A DNA stretch of 64,000 nucleotides from Anthoceros angustus (taxonomy: Eukaryota > Plantae > Anthocerotophyta): positions 1,364,001 through 1,428,000 of the forward strand of contig MU008159.1 in NCBI GenBank assembly GCA_010909165.1. Reading direction: 5' to 3'. The position numbers were made by a program, and so were the translations under genes. The notes below the pieces were generated by a model. The model searched no databases, was not told where the DNA came from, and worked only from the letters and a program-made list of their open reading frames with translations. Each line of letters starts with the position of its first letter. The stretch's first letter is position 1. Of this stretch, positions 38,106-51,069 are shown piece after piece.

Positions 38106-41100
38106 CACTACTAGGAAAAGTATACTTTTACTAATTGCAGTTTTACAACAGGGGTGCATTTTACCACGACTGCCCATTTTACTACGTCAATTGAAGGCAC
38201 CGTTTCAAGTCCATGTATTATTTTCAAGTATAGCCCTGAATTTACTAAACCTCATTCCAACTTTACTACAGGGCTTGTTTTGCCAAAGGCGCAACAGCTG
38301 ACGTGGCAAAACAAAATGGATTTTACTACGGGGCACTTGTTACTTACAACAGAGCTTATGGACGTTACAACGATGGCATGTTTGTTTACTACGGGCCATC
38401 AATTTACTACAGGACTTTCTCCATTACAACGGGTTCTTTTACAACATGCCAATGGTATTTTACAACATCCCATAGTTTACTACACACCTGTAGGGTTTTC
38501 AACAAGACCCTTTACGACTAGACACCGGTCGTTTAACAAAGACTAATTTAGAATGGGTTTTGATGATAACCCACATCTTTTACCCTAAAAGAAAAAGTAG
38601 AGGTAACTGGTGTACATCGACGGCTTGGGCTAGGCCGACCCTAAACGAGAACAAGCGGGACATGCTGAAAAATCCTCCATATGCATCCACATCCCTATGC
38701 ATCCATATTTTCTTCAAAGACAACGCTTTTCCACGCAAGGTCCCGACAACCACTTTATTGTCATACAAAAAGTTTGAATTAGTTTGGGTGACACAAGGGT
38801 AAAGGGATCATCTTGAACTCGTAGAAGGATAACAAGATCTAGGGTTCACTATGTGCATTCCAATTGTCCTTCTTCAATCCCTTGTGATCATTTGCATCCT
38901 CATAAACTAGTTTGAACCACTTAACCTTTAAAAAATTAGCTGTTGATGACAACCCAAAGTCAACCTTTAAAATTTTCTGCACTATTCCCACATATGGCAG
39001 AGGAGAAGTGTGGCCGAGGATTAGGGTTTGGGTCAAATTAACCTTGGCCTTCGAAAATCGAGTTGAATATGTCGGATGAGGGTTAGGGTTTGGTTAAAGT
39101 AACCTTGGGCTTTGGGATTCGCATGGAATATGCTAGCTTGAGGTCTAGGGTTTGGGTAAAGTCCTATTATCACCGATATCCAAGGAAGAAGAAGGCTATA
39201 AATGCAATGATAATGTGCTAATTCACCAAGCCATATCCAGGGTTTGAGCTCCATTCCCACCAGAGCAAAAACATCATGCAAAAACACGCACTGGCGAGTG
39301 CTGCGAAATTCCTGCTCAACCTAATGGCGGGAAGTCCTGACTATGAGTCATTTCCGCCGGCGTTTCACACCGCGGTCAAGGGAGAGACGCTGTACAAGTG
39401 TATGGAAAACCCTTCGTCTCGTATCATGACTCAGAGAGGCAAGCCCGCACCAGAATCGCTGACGCCAGCCATGGCCGCCACGCTAAACCCTGGAGATGGA
39501 GATGGAGGCAGCTAGTCGTCGAAGTCGCGCCAAGGAGAGTGCCTGCAGCTATCTTAGAAACTCAAGTGCTTTCGTTGTTCCAGCCAGATTTGGGCTCAAG
39601 GGTTGCAAGGATTGATGTTTCTGTGTCCCGCTGCAGTGCCAGGTGCGACTTACCCGACTCCAAGCTGCCTGGTGCAGGCAGCCCATCAACAAAGTCGTTC
39701 CCACGACTCCTAGAAACCTGCACGTGAGCAGATTTCATGTCACTTCGACGACTAACTGCGAGATCTGAGTGCGTCTGGGCTTAGAGCAGGTGGCTACGCA
39801 CCCACAGCAAGGCACCACCTCCCCGCCTCACTAGCCGCAGCAGCGTTGCAGCCACAGCAACGCTGATCCAACAAGTTTGGGGTTTCCAACCTTCCAGGGT
39901 CATAGCGCCCGCGTTACAGGTCGGTTGCCGTTGATTCTTATACCAAACTGCTCGCCTTGATGAGGCGAGTCTAATGGTATACTGTGTGTCCAATTTGGAG
40001 CCCTATCCAGGGACTGATTGCGTTTGAAAGTTTCGAACAGCAGGGTTTTGCTCTTGCTGCATTTGCTTTGATTTTCAATCTGGCATCGCGAGTGAGCGAG
40101 GCCGTGTGCTACAAGCTTTGCATGTGAGCTGGAGTTTTGCTGTGCTGTGTTTCTCAATCCTAGGGCAGACATAGGGGACCGAGGTGCCGCATGATCAAAG
40201 CAGTTGAACTTTCTATTTTGTGCTAGGGAGGAGGGTGCCATGAAGAGGGTGAAGGATACAGGTAGCAATACCTACACATGCTTTGGCCATGGGGGCAGCG
40301 TGGTTTTCTGGATAGGTTCAGAGGAAAGTTTGGGAGGGAGCCAACCGTGGATGAGATCAGAGCTGTTGGTACAGTTCACGGAAATTGGCTGGTGAAGCTG
40401 CGAGCGTTTTGGATGAATTCCAAAATCACAAGTCCTGCTTTGGGTCCACAGGTTAACTCACAGGGGATTGACACTGCTATTAACGTGTGAAACCAGTTGG
40501 TTGAGGCAGGTTACCCAACCGATGAATGCGATACCCAATCATGGGGCTTGGCTTATAAAGTTGAAAGAGTTTTGGATGCAGTCTGGAACTAGAACTCCAG
40601 CTTTGGGTCTGCAAGTGGACTCAAAGGGGCAGAAGGACAAGGCGATTAATGTGTGGACCTTGTTGAAGGATGCAGGCTATTCCATCAAGGAGTGCGATGA
40701 GAAGGTCATGGAGGCCATCCTAAAGCAGAATGTCATAGATGACGGTGGATGGTGGGGCATTATCTTCCCGCAAAGTTGCAAGACAAGCTGAGGATGCTTG
40801 AGCATGATTCTGGTTAGGTCGTTGTCCAGGACTATTGTGTCTATTTTGTGATAGCCTGAAGTTCTGTGAACTTGAACTGATTTAAGTTCGTGGTTCTCTT
40901 TTTGCAGGTGGCAAACCTTTGGGGCACGGTCTTTGAGTTGAGGTGCTGGGTGGAGAAAATTCTTAGATGCCCCGTGTAGCATGTAGGGGCTGGGAGTCTA
41001 ATATATTGTAGGATGTAGGTGCAATCCCGAATTCGGTACCCCATAACCCACACACCCGCCTAGCACTCCTTCATTTTACTACAACAGAGTGCACTTTACT

Positions 41101-41591
41101 ACAGCAATATAAATCCGTATTTACTTTACTACGGTCCTGATTACATCAGATTTTTACTACGCCTTATTTTGCAGCCAGGTGTTTTACAACGGCCCGTTAT
41201 AACTACAGTTCACTGATTAACCTAACCATGGTTACATAACTATGGTTTATAACTACTGTTATTTAACTTCAGTTAATAAACTTGAGTTAATTCACATTGG
41301 TTACTTAACCATATTTTATTAACCACGATTACAGTTGTTGTAAATGCCGCTGTAGATCACGTAGTAATTGTTGTTGTAAAGTGAATCAGAAGTTAAACCC
41401 TAATCGATGTACGGTCAACTCAGAAAGTATATCGATGTATGTCACATAATGGTCACGGTATATAGCCATGGTATACGGTGTGAAGACATTACCACGAAAT
41501 TAACGCTATGTGTTTAACGGGCATTTTACTGGTGTAGTAATTCGTAGTAATATCCGTAGTAAATTCTAGAAGGACACGCTTCCTAGTAGTG
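38106..41591. mobile_element. Second CACTA (En/Spm) element, 3486 bp, non-autonomous/degenerate
   Basis: TIRs CACTACTAGGAA and TTCCTAGTAGTG. Target duplication ATG at 38103-38105 and 41592-41594. Subterminal tttactac repeats on the left are inverted as gtagtaa on the right. Confidence 0.93.
38600..39040 (-). pseudogene. DUF4216-like En/Spm transposase-associated fragment inside the second CACTA
   Basis: PYVGIVQKILKVDFGL....FLKVKWF...KGLKKD resembles the recalled En/Spm YYG.I..I.ELDY...LFKCKWF motif; frameshifted. Confidence 0.55.
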
Positions 41592-42499
41592 ATGCTAGGA
41601 AAGCTCAGAACTCAGATAACCGAATTGGTAGGCGCGCTGGTAGGTTAGCCATCTTTAGACATTGGAAAAGTGAGTCTGGCGCCCGCCGGATGTACAAGAG
41701 ACCCTTCGCCTCTCTCATTAGACACCGTGTGAGCTCCTGCAGTCGAATCTGCTGTGGTTGGTTGAAGACGACCGATTGACGACGGACTGATTCGGTGTGT
41801 TGTCCTCTCGTCACAAGAGGACCGGGGAGATCCCTGGATGGTCGAGAGCTGAGTAACCAAGCTCCGCATTTGGGGTGACTAGTGGTGAAGGGTGCTCAAC
41901 GCATGCCAGGAGAGGGAAATTCCAGGGACCGGTGAGATCGCGGTGTGCAAATCGCCTATGGAACCGACCAAATTGCTTTTCCCTTTCCCAACCCACTGCC
42001 TAACCATTGTGTCACCTGGAGGAGGGGTCTGTGGCCCAAAGGGGAGGGGGAGAGGAGGAGGGGGGGTCCGTGGCCCAAGGAGGGGTCTGTGTGGCCCAAG
42101 TGAGGCCTGTGTGGCCCAAGAGAGGTCTGTGTGGCCTGAGAGAGGAGGATCTGTGGGAATATCTTGTGCGCGGTGGTGTATGAGGTCCTAGAAGAAAAGG
42201 GGTGAGTGAGTCGTTGTGTGAAGGAGAGTCTAGGAAGTGGTGAGCGCGAGAGTCTGGAAAACGCGGAATGCTGAGGAAGGTTGGGAATAAATTGTGGGGT
42301 CAGAGGAAATCAGCGACGGAGTGACGTGCCACGACGTGCATGGCCATGGTGTGCATCCACCGCTGAGCTCGGTGAATCCACATGAGTGTGACTTGGTGTA
42401 CATGTAAACTTGTGTGCATAGGACCATAGCCCTTAACGAGCGAGCAGGGAACCGGGCGCCAATAGTCGATCGCGACACGCGCGGCGCCGGTCGGGTGGG

Positions 42500-42850
42500 T
42501 CCCACCACGGTGGCGGAACTCACCACGGTGGCCAACCCACTACGCGGTGGCGAACCCACCACGGCGGTGGTCGAACCCACCACCGGGTGGCGGAACCCAC
42601 CACGCTGGCGAACCACCACGGTGAACCCACCACGGCGGGCGGAACCCACCACGCGGTGGCGAACCCACCACGGCGGGCGGAACCCACCACGGCGGTGGCG
42701 GAACCCACCACGGCGGTGGCGGAACCCACCACGGCGGTGGCGGAACCCACCACGGCGGTGGCGGAACCCACCACGGCGGTGGCGGAACCCACCACGGCGG
42801 TGGCCAAACCCACCACGACGGTGGCCGAACTTATCACGGTCGTGGGTTCG
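42500..42850. repeat. 21 bp tandem array (gcggtggcggaacccaccacg), roughly 16 units
   Basis: Contiguous units without spacers; five to six near-perfect central copies. Confidence 0.95.
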
Positions 42851-43777
42851 AACACGGTAGTTGATTATGGCTGGGTAGGAACTGATTGTAGGAGGACTAG
42901 AATCCATAGTTTTGGAACATCTTGACACAAAACCATTCCCTTGGGATCGAATCCTAGGACTATAACGACATAGAGGGTAAATGTGGCCTCCTTTTTTGGA
43001 TGCCAAACCATTCCACAAAGGTGCTGTGCCATGAGTCTCGGCTGTCGGAATTCAAGGCTGCTATTTTGAAAAAGCTTTGTTTGCAAAGGCCCAGCAGGTT
43101 GTCATTTACTCCTCTTGGCCGGGACCAGCGCGCTGACTGTGCACATGCTACTTGCCCATAATCACAACAATTTTCTGACCACAACCTCGACAGACTTGGG
43201 AGCAAGTTTCATGTCCCATTGGTTACGCTGTACGTTACTCATGATGTATTATATTGCCCACATGGCGCACCGCTCTCAATGCGCCCATTACTGCATTTTA
43301 CCATTAATCATCGTCTTCCACCGACCAAAGATTTCCTTGTGCATCCGTGAGGGAGGAGACAATAGACTATAGACTGCGGCAAACCAATCACCATACATGG
43401 TTTATTCCACTTTCAAAGACGCTGACTCGTGACGACGCAGTGGTGATTTGTCATGTCCGGTCAATGGTATGGACGGGCACCAAACCATACCCATCCATTC
43501 CACCAAGCATAAGATGTATCATCGAGTTTTATTGCGTGTGACATGGGAAGTACAAGTAGTGATCAAGGATGAAGGACTTTCTTATCCCAATGTTTAATTA
43601 CTGTGTATATGTCCCCATATTGTGAGGTATAAACCGTCCCTCGCTCACACGACGAACGCTGTGCTAGACGAAGAGCGGGACGACGCCTCCATACCGTCCT
43701 TGATGGCCGACGAGGGAGAGCAACCTCCCATCCATCATCCTCAATGGCCATCATTGAGTGTGGAATTGCAGCCTTTG

Positions 43778-43979
43778 TGTTAGAAGAGAACCGTTATGGT
43801 TCTTGGATAAACGAAAATTATTAATGATAGTTATTTATACCTAGGTTAATTTGAATAGACACGACTCTTGGACAGCTTTTGATATATAAGACACAATTTG
43901 TATGTTCATAATAATATAACTCACTTTGTTTCAAGCACTGCGTGCATGAGTACATCTGACGAGAACATGGTATCGGAGC
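43778..43979 (+). mobile_element. Extra copy of the Copia LTR plus primer-binding site, part of the 770 bp duplication
   Basis: tgttagaagagaacc...gagaaca followed by tggtatcggagc. Confidence 0.8.
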
Positions 43980-44557
43980 AAGTTTCATGTCCCATTGGTT
44001 ACGCAGACGTTACTCATGATGTATTATATTGCCCACATGGCACACCGCCTCAATGCGCCCATTACCGTGCATTTTACCATTAATCATCGCCTTCCACGAC
44101 CAAAGATTTCCTTGTGCATCCGTGAGGGAGGAGACAATAGACTATAGCATGCAAACCAATCACCATACATGGTTTATTCCACTTTCAAAGACGCTGACTC
44201 GCGACGTGACGCAAGGGTGATTTGTCATGTTCTGTCAATGGTATGGACGGGCACCAAACCATACCCATCCATTCCACCAAGCATAAGATGTATCATCGAG
44301 TTTTATTATGGACAAAGATGGGAAGTACAAGTAGTGATCAAGGATGAAGGACTTTCTTATCCCAATGTTTAATTACTGTGAAGTATATGTCCCCATATTG
44401 TGAGGTATAAACCGTCCCTCGCTCACACGACGACCATGGCTCTGCAGACAAGAGCTGGCGGACGCCTCCATACCAGTCCTTGATCGACGAGGGAGAGCAA
44501 CCTCCCATCCATCATCCTCAATGGCCATCGCCATTGGCTGTGGAATTGCAGCCCTTG

Positions 44558-47500
44558 TGTTAGAAGAGAACCCCGTTATGGTTCTTGGATAAACGTAGCA
44601 GCTTATTAGCTGATAGTTATTTATACCTAGGTTAATTTGAATAGACACGACTCTTGGACAGTTTTGATATATAAGACACAATTTGTATGTTCATAATAAT
44701 ATAACTCACTTTGTTTCAAGCACCTGCGTGCATGAGTACATCTGATTTAGAAACATGGTATCAGAGCAAGTATCATACGAATAGACTGGGTCTTTACCAC
44801 AGGACTGAAAGTCTCTGTGAAGTCAATACCTGGAATCTGGGTGAAACCCCTAGCCACAAGCCGAGACTTATATCGAGCAATCTCACCCTGGGCATTCAAT
44901 TTGTGCTTGAAGACCCACTTGCGGTGACAACTTTCCGACCTTTAGGTAAGGCACAATTCCATGTATCATTCTTTATCAAGGAGTCATACTCATCCTTGAT
45001 CGAGGGGATCCAGATGTGCCTTGTCAAGACCCGTGATTGCCTCCCGATATGACTTAGGTTCGTGCTTGATGAAGAGTGGATTGCTCACGTAAGACTTGGA
45101 TTTTGGCGAGTTACTCGGCTCTAGGGCGTCGAAAATCAATAGAAGCATATGGGGTTCCATCGGAGGATTCTCGTGCGAGGATAGCGACGTTCTTCAGGCT
45201 GTATAGCTAGAGGAACTTCAGCCACATCATCATCATCGAATGTGGGACCGTAAATTGTCATTCAAATCGAATCGAGAGTGGGAAATATCTTCCGCAATGA
45301 GATCATTTTCGCCTCATCCTGCGCAGTTGTTCCCGACATCATTAGTATCGCTGGTCTTCTTGAGCCAAGTGAGCAGGCGGTGCTACATGAGCAGCTGGAT
45401 AAGGAGCCTGAAAATCTGGTACAGCAGGGTCATTGGCCTGTGGATGTGCAGGACCCGCTCCAGGGTGTTGCACGGCTGCAGGAACCTCAATGAGCACAAC
45501 TCCAGGTGTGTCGTCTTGTGGAAATTCGAATGAATCTTCCATGTTTGTCAAGTCCACATGAGTGACTCTTTCACTGTTGTCTGACAGGTGATCAAAATAT
45601 GGCTTGGCAGGACACACAAGTTCTTTGAAGGTCACGCTTCTGGCAAAGACTGCTGTCGAAGTAAGTGGATCAAGCAACTTATAAGCTTTAGCCTCTTCTC
45701 CATAACCCACAAAAACAAGTGGGCGGTTTCTATCTTCTAACTTTCGCTCTTGAGGATATATGCATATGCTGGGAGCCGAATACCCGCAGATGCAGCTCGG
45801 CTTTCGCCATATTACCTCAAACGGAGTTTGTCCATCCACAGCTTGTAAGAAGCTGTTAAGAAGATAAGTTCTTGTAACCACCGCCTCGATGCTTTGCTTA
45901 AACCCGCCCATTCTAACATGCTTCTTGTCATTCCTAGCGTAGTCTGTTACGCTCAAGAACGCCGCTGTTCTTGAGTATACGGTACAATCAAGCGTAAACT
46001 CCCTTTCCAGCAGGCGGTTGAAGTGGGCATGGGTAAATTCTCCCGCTGTCAAGACGGTCGTTGTAGCAAGCATCCACCGCCTCCGCCATCACCAACCATT
46101 CTCGAAGACCTCAAACGACGGACTTCAACCGGAGAGGGTATGTCCAAGAGTATCTACTAAAGTCGTCAGTAATGGTAAGGTAATATAGGGCACCACCTAA
46201 AGAGGGGACATGAATCTTGCCTGAAATGTCCGCATGTACTAACTCTAGTACCTGTGATGCGCGATGAGCCACTGATTTAGGAAAAGGAATTTCCTTTTGC
46301 TTGGCTATGACGCAGGCATCACAAAGAGGTAGGTCTTTAAAACATTTTGGCAAGGGCTCTCTATAGCAGTTCAAGTTCGACATTTTATCAACTTGTCTCT
46401 ATTAGCATGACCTAGTCTAGCATGCCATAAACCGGCTTGGGCGACTGTGATAAGTGAGCGGCATGCATGCACTGTGGAATGCATGAGATGTCGGTACAAG
46501 TCATGAAAAGATGTCCTTTACACGACTGCCCATCCCCTCGCTCTTAAGTTCACAACTATGAGAAGTGAAGAGGAGGTCGATTCTAGAAGACATTAATTGA
46601 CTAACCGAAAGGAGGTGCTTGGCCATGAGGGGAACATGCGGACGTTGTCAAGATGGAGGATGGACCCATCGTGCAACCGAAACGATATGTGCCTCGACCC
46701 AAAGAATGTGCACAGCACGGTAAGTTCATCTCCCAAAGAACCTTATCGACGTATGAGAAGGTCGATAGTGACTTAGCAAACTTACATGTATATGGGAGGT
46801 TGCCCTGAATCTAAGTACCAACTATGAGGGGAAGGAGGACTGCAGACGATGCAAAACAAACGGTCATTACGACAGGAGGTTTGTTAGCAGCTTGATGAAG
46901 GCTTAGCGACAGGGCCTCACCGCTTAGGCTTCTCGACCACGAGCCGGGCCTTTCTTCTCAGCCCTTCCCAAAGGGCCTGGATGCCACACCAATTGCGTGA
47001 TCCAGCCGCTTTGGAAGAAGGTCCAGAAGGTGAGTCACCAGGAGTGGGTCTACCCTTCTGTCCTTTATGCTGCTTCTGTCCTTTAGTATAAAGAACCTTG
47101 TCTGTTTTTGTTTTTCCACCCTGTGGTGTATAATGAAGTCTGCTTTGCTCCTCTTGCAGGAGAGCACCGATCACGTCCACAAGGCTGATTTGTGGTGCTT
47201 TGCCAGCAGCTACAGCTTTGTCTGCCGCGCGAATGGAAGCACCAAAGCCGGAAACAAAGGTCTGGTAGCTGGGTGGTAGGCAAGTGAGGAGTTGAGCGAC
47301 TGCATCCAACTCCGGAAACTGAGATCCTAGGTTCAGAAGCTGGGCCCTCAGTTGGCGAAACTTCAAGACGAAAGGTCCCACCTTCTCGCCTTCTCTAAGT
47401 CTCATTGAAAACAGCTCTCCACGGATTGCACACTTCGTAAGTATGTTCTTTGCCTCGACGCACGAATTGTGTCCAGATTTCGTTGGAGTCTGGTAGGTAA

Positions 47501-50262
47501 GCCACATCGGGCAAAAGGACTTCATCAAGACCACTAATCAAGACCGCACGAGCAACGTGGTTCAGGTTGTCCCACTTCTCCATCTCATCCGCTGGAGCTC
47601 CTACAGCTGGTTTAGGGAGTGTGCCACTAACCACATTCCACACGTGCCGAGCTTGCAGGGCAGCGGTCATTCGCACACGCCATCCATGGAACTTGGAGCC
47701 ATTGAAACGGTCCTTCTCTTTAAATTCCATGGAGAAGGATGGTGCAGGTATCACTGGCACTGGTGGAAGAGATAGAACTCCTCCACCGCCACCTCCAGCA
47801 CCCCCTCCTCCTCCACCTCCAGCGCCCCCTCCTGTAGCCATTCTGACTTACTTTGATAAGATTATCAGGTGCTCACGGGTGATCAAGCCGATTGCATAAG
47901 GTACTCTTCTCGAGGTAGGTCGAGATGCTGTAGGAGGCTGACAGATGAAGCGTAGGGGAGGGGCACCAAGGGTCGGTGAAGAGGCGCGAGCCGCGAGGTC
48001 AGATGTCACGGGACACCACAGTGGGCGTCGGTTGACGGTTAGAGTCTGGAGATGGCTGACGTGGTGTGTCTTCGAGTGGTAGTGCGAGTCGCGTCTGTGA
48101 GTTCTGTGTTTTAGTCGAGCGCCCGCCAAAAAACACAATGAGCACGGAATCTGCGATGCGCCTACCGCTACCGGCGACGATGGAACTGGGCTTCTCGACC
48201 CACGAGCCAGCTTTTTCTCAGCCTTCCCAAAGGGCCCCGGATGCCACACCAATTGCGTGATCCAGCTTTGGAAGAAGGTCCAAGGTGAGTCACCGTGGAG
48301 TGGGTCTACCTTCGCCCTTTATGCCGCTCGCCTTTAGTATAAAGAACCTTGTCTGTTTTTGTTTTTCCACCCTGTGGTGTATAATGAAGTCTGCTTTGCT
48401 CCTCTTGCGTGAGAGCACCGATCACGCCCACAAGGCCGATTTGTGGTGCTTTGCCAGCCATAGCTTTGTTCCGCCACAATGGAAGCACCAAAGCCGGAAA
48501 CAAAGGTCCGTAGCCGGGTGGTAGCGAGGAGTTGAGCGATCGCATCCAACTCGAAATCGAGATCCTAGGTTCAAGTCGGGCCCTTAGTTGGCGAAACTTC
48601 AAGACGAAAGGTCCCACCTTCTCGCCTTCTCTAAGTCTCATTGAAAACAGCTCTCCACGGATTGCACACTGCGTAAGTATGTTCTTTGCCTCGTACGTTT
48701 GCAGCAATTGTGTCCAGATTTCGTTGGAGTCTTGTAGGTAAGCCACATCGGGCAAAAGTACTTCATCAAGACCACTAATCAAGACCGCACGAGCAACGTG
48801 GTTCAGGTTGTCCCACTTCTCTATCTCATCCCCGGAGCTCCGCAGTTTAGGAGTGTGCCACTAACCACATTCCACACGTGCCGAGCTTTGGCAGCGGCAT
48901 TCGCACACGCCATCCATGGAACTTGGAGCCATTGAAACGGTCCTTCTCTTTAAATTCCATGGAGAAGGATGGTGCAGGTATCACTGGCACTGGTGGAAGA
49001 GATAGAACTCCTCCACCGCCACCTCCAGAACCCCCTCCTCCTCCACCTCCGAGCCATTCGACTTACTTTGATAAGATTATCAGGTGCTCACGGGTGATCA
49101 AGCCGATTGCATAAGGTACTCTTCTCGAGGTAGGTCGAGATGCTGTAGGAGGCTGACAGATGAAGCGTAGGGGAGGGGCACCAAGGGTCGGTGAAGAGGC
49201 GCGAGCCGCGAGGTCGTCGATGTCACGGACACCACAAAGGCGCTTGACTTAGAGTCTGGAGATGGCTGACGTGGTGTGTCTTCGAGTGGCTGGGTGCAGA
49301 GTCGCGTCCTGTGAGTTCTTGCAGCAGCACTGAAGTCGAGGCGCCCCGTAAAACACAACAGCACGGAATCGCGGATGCGCCTACCGCTACCGGCGACGAT
49401 GGAATCTGGGCTTCACGACAGTGGTCCAGCGTGATGGAGCAGCTGCAGATATGTTCGAAGTCGTGCATTTGCGACGGTGATCATGAGATCGATGAGTTTC
49501 CGACATCCTCTATCGGCGTCTGTTTGCGCAGGAGTAGATCCACCGCAGGTCTCTCTTGATGGCGCTGCAGCAGAACTTCGCCGTCGTGAAAGCACAAAGT
49601 GAATAAGGCCGATTCTGTGGTGTTCAACCTGTCATTCAGCACTCGGTAAGCTCCGACTATCTCCGGCAGGTTGGTAGCCCGAGATCGGAATGTTTCCCGC
49701 AAGTCGTCCTCTTGTGAGTCTCGAGATAAATGCAATGTGTAAGGGATATCTTCCTGGCCTGCGTGATAATCTCGTACAGTCCTGGAAGCCTGATCCTGAC
49801 GCCTAATTGTGGGTCGACTGCAGGGTAACAAAGGTGTATGCTCGACGCGAGAAAGCCCCCGTCGAGTCATTTTATGATTAGAGTAGCATGATCCTGCTAC
49901 GTTACGTGCATGATCCACACGTGAAGTCTCTTTGCATGTATCCACACCGGAAAGTCTTGTTTACTGTCATGCAGATTTTAAAACATATTCCATTGCTAAC
50001 GTGGTAATGTAGGTAGTGAGAAGGAATTTTAGACACACGATCCTGGAATCACAATTTCTGTGACTCACGGATTTTGTGTCCTATAATCCCCTTTTGCTAC
50101 ATGCACCTACCATAGCCGAGTATATTAATACAGACAGTAAATCAGATCGTGTATCAAAGCCTGGTGCTCTGATACCATGTTTCTAACTCACCATGTTTCT
50201 AAATAATATAACTCACTTTGTTTCAAGCACCTGCGTGCATGAGTACATCTGATTTAGAAACA
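44558..50262 (-). mobile_element. Rearranged Ty1/Copia LTR retrotransposon: plus-oriented LTR ends with minus-oriented gag-PR-INT-RT(N-term); gag region duplicated
   Basis: Target duplication CCTTG (44553-44557, 50263-50267). LTR TG...CA at 44558-44755 with tRNA-iMet PBS tggtatcagagc at 44756-44767; opposite-strand PBS at 50166-50177. Gag (RFNGSKFHGWRVRM, LLTCLPPSY) 46917-47841 and again ~48170-49100; protease WYLDSG ~46800; CDACVIAKQ...LELVHADISG...DDFSRYSW 46111-46383; RT start (EYDSLIKNDTW...LPKGRK) ~44770-45010. Confidence 0.9.
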
Positions 50263-51069
50263 CCTTGTCCTTAATGGCCATCGTCGGTTTCCACCACCAG
50301 GCAACAATAATGTGCACACACTTCTGCAATGATCCATAAATGTACAGGTCAGCGAAGGTGGCGGTTTCGACTTATGCGGATTCCACAAACACTTTAGCCT
50401 GCGGGCATGGACTTGTAGGTAATGTGGCCAAAAAGTGTATACATCCGGCTCCTGGCCACAACAACCCCCACCATACCGTGTGTGGTCACCGTAACACCAT
50501 GCCCGCACCATGTGGAAGGAACCACCGCCACACCGAACGCAAGTCCTCACGAGGAGATAGTGGAACGCAAAAGTTTGGGCAACCAAATTCAAAAGAGCCA
50601 AGAGATGAACAAGTTTGATTTTTTTGGCTAAAACGATTGAAGAGGGGTGTTGAGAATTTTCCGAAAAGCTTGGAGCTAGAGTTGTAGGATATTGTTAGGA
50701 AGGCAGCGAGGATATCCCAGAAAAAGAACGGGTCAAACGACCTGCATTTGCGCGCGGGTGAGGGCAACCAAAGGTCGGTAGGTCGCGCATCACCACCGTA
50801 GGTCGCCACCCACGCCGTAGGTCGAGCGGAGCGCATCACCGCTGTAAGTCGCGACTACCGTGGTAGGTCGACAACTCGCCAAAAGGAAATTAGAATAGGG
50901 GGATATCCACTATATATGCTCACCAATAGGGAATAGATGAATAGGATTAATTAGAAGGTAATTGATTCGGGATATGCATAGGGTAGGAAATAGGAAATTA
51001 GGAATTTAGGAATGATGAACCCAATCTAGGGTTACGAGGCCTCCGTGGCGTACATCTAAAGAGGGCAAA

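Noticed and set aside
42500-42850. CRISPR-like array of palindromic repeats
   Set aside because: Units are contiguous with no unique spacers, no cas genes are present and the context is eukaryotic; it is a tandem repeat.
42230-43018. Long ORFs with GFRHRRG/AEPTTAV repeats (also 61031-62048) as glycine-rich or mucin-like genes
   Set aside because: They are open only because the 21 bp unit has no stops in any frame; the flanks are non-coding or degenerate repeat.
47395-47841. Glycine-rich host protein (MATGGGAGGGG...)
   Set aside because: It continues directly into Copia gag motifs.
50985-51015. Telomere-like repeats (taggaaattaggaatttaggaa; also ~63655-63690)
   Set aside because: Only 3-4 imperfect units, not TTTAGGG, and embedded in a dispersed repeat.
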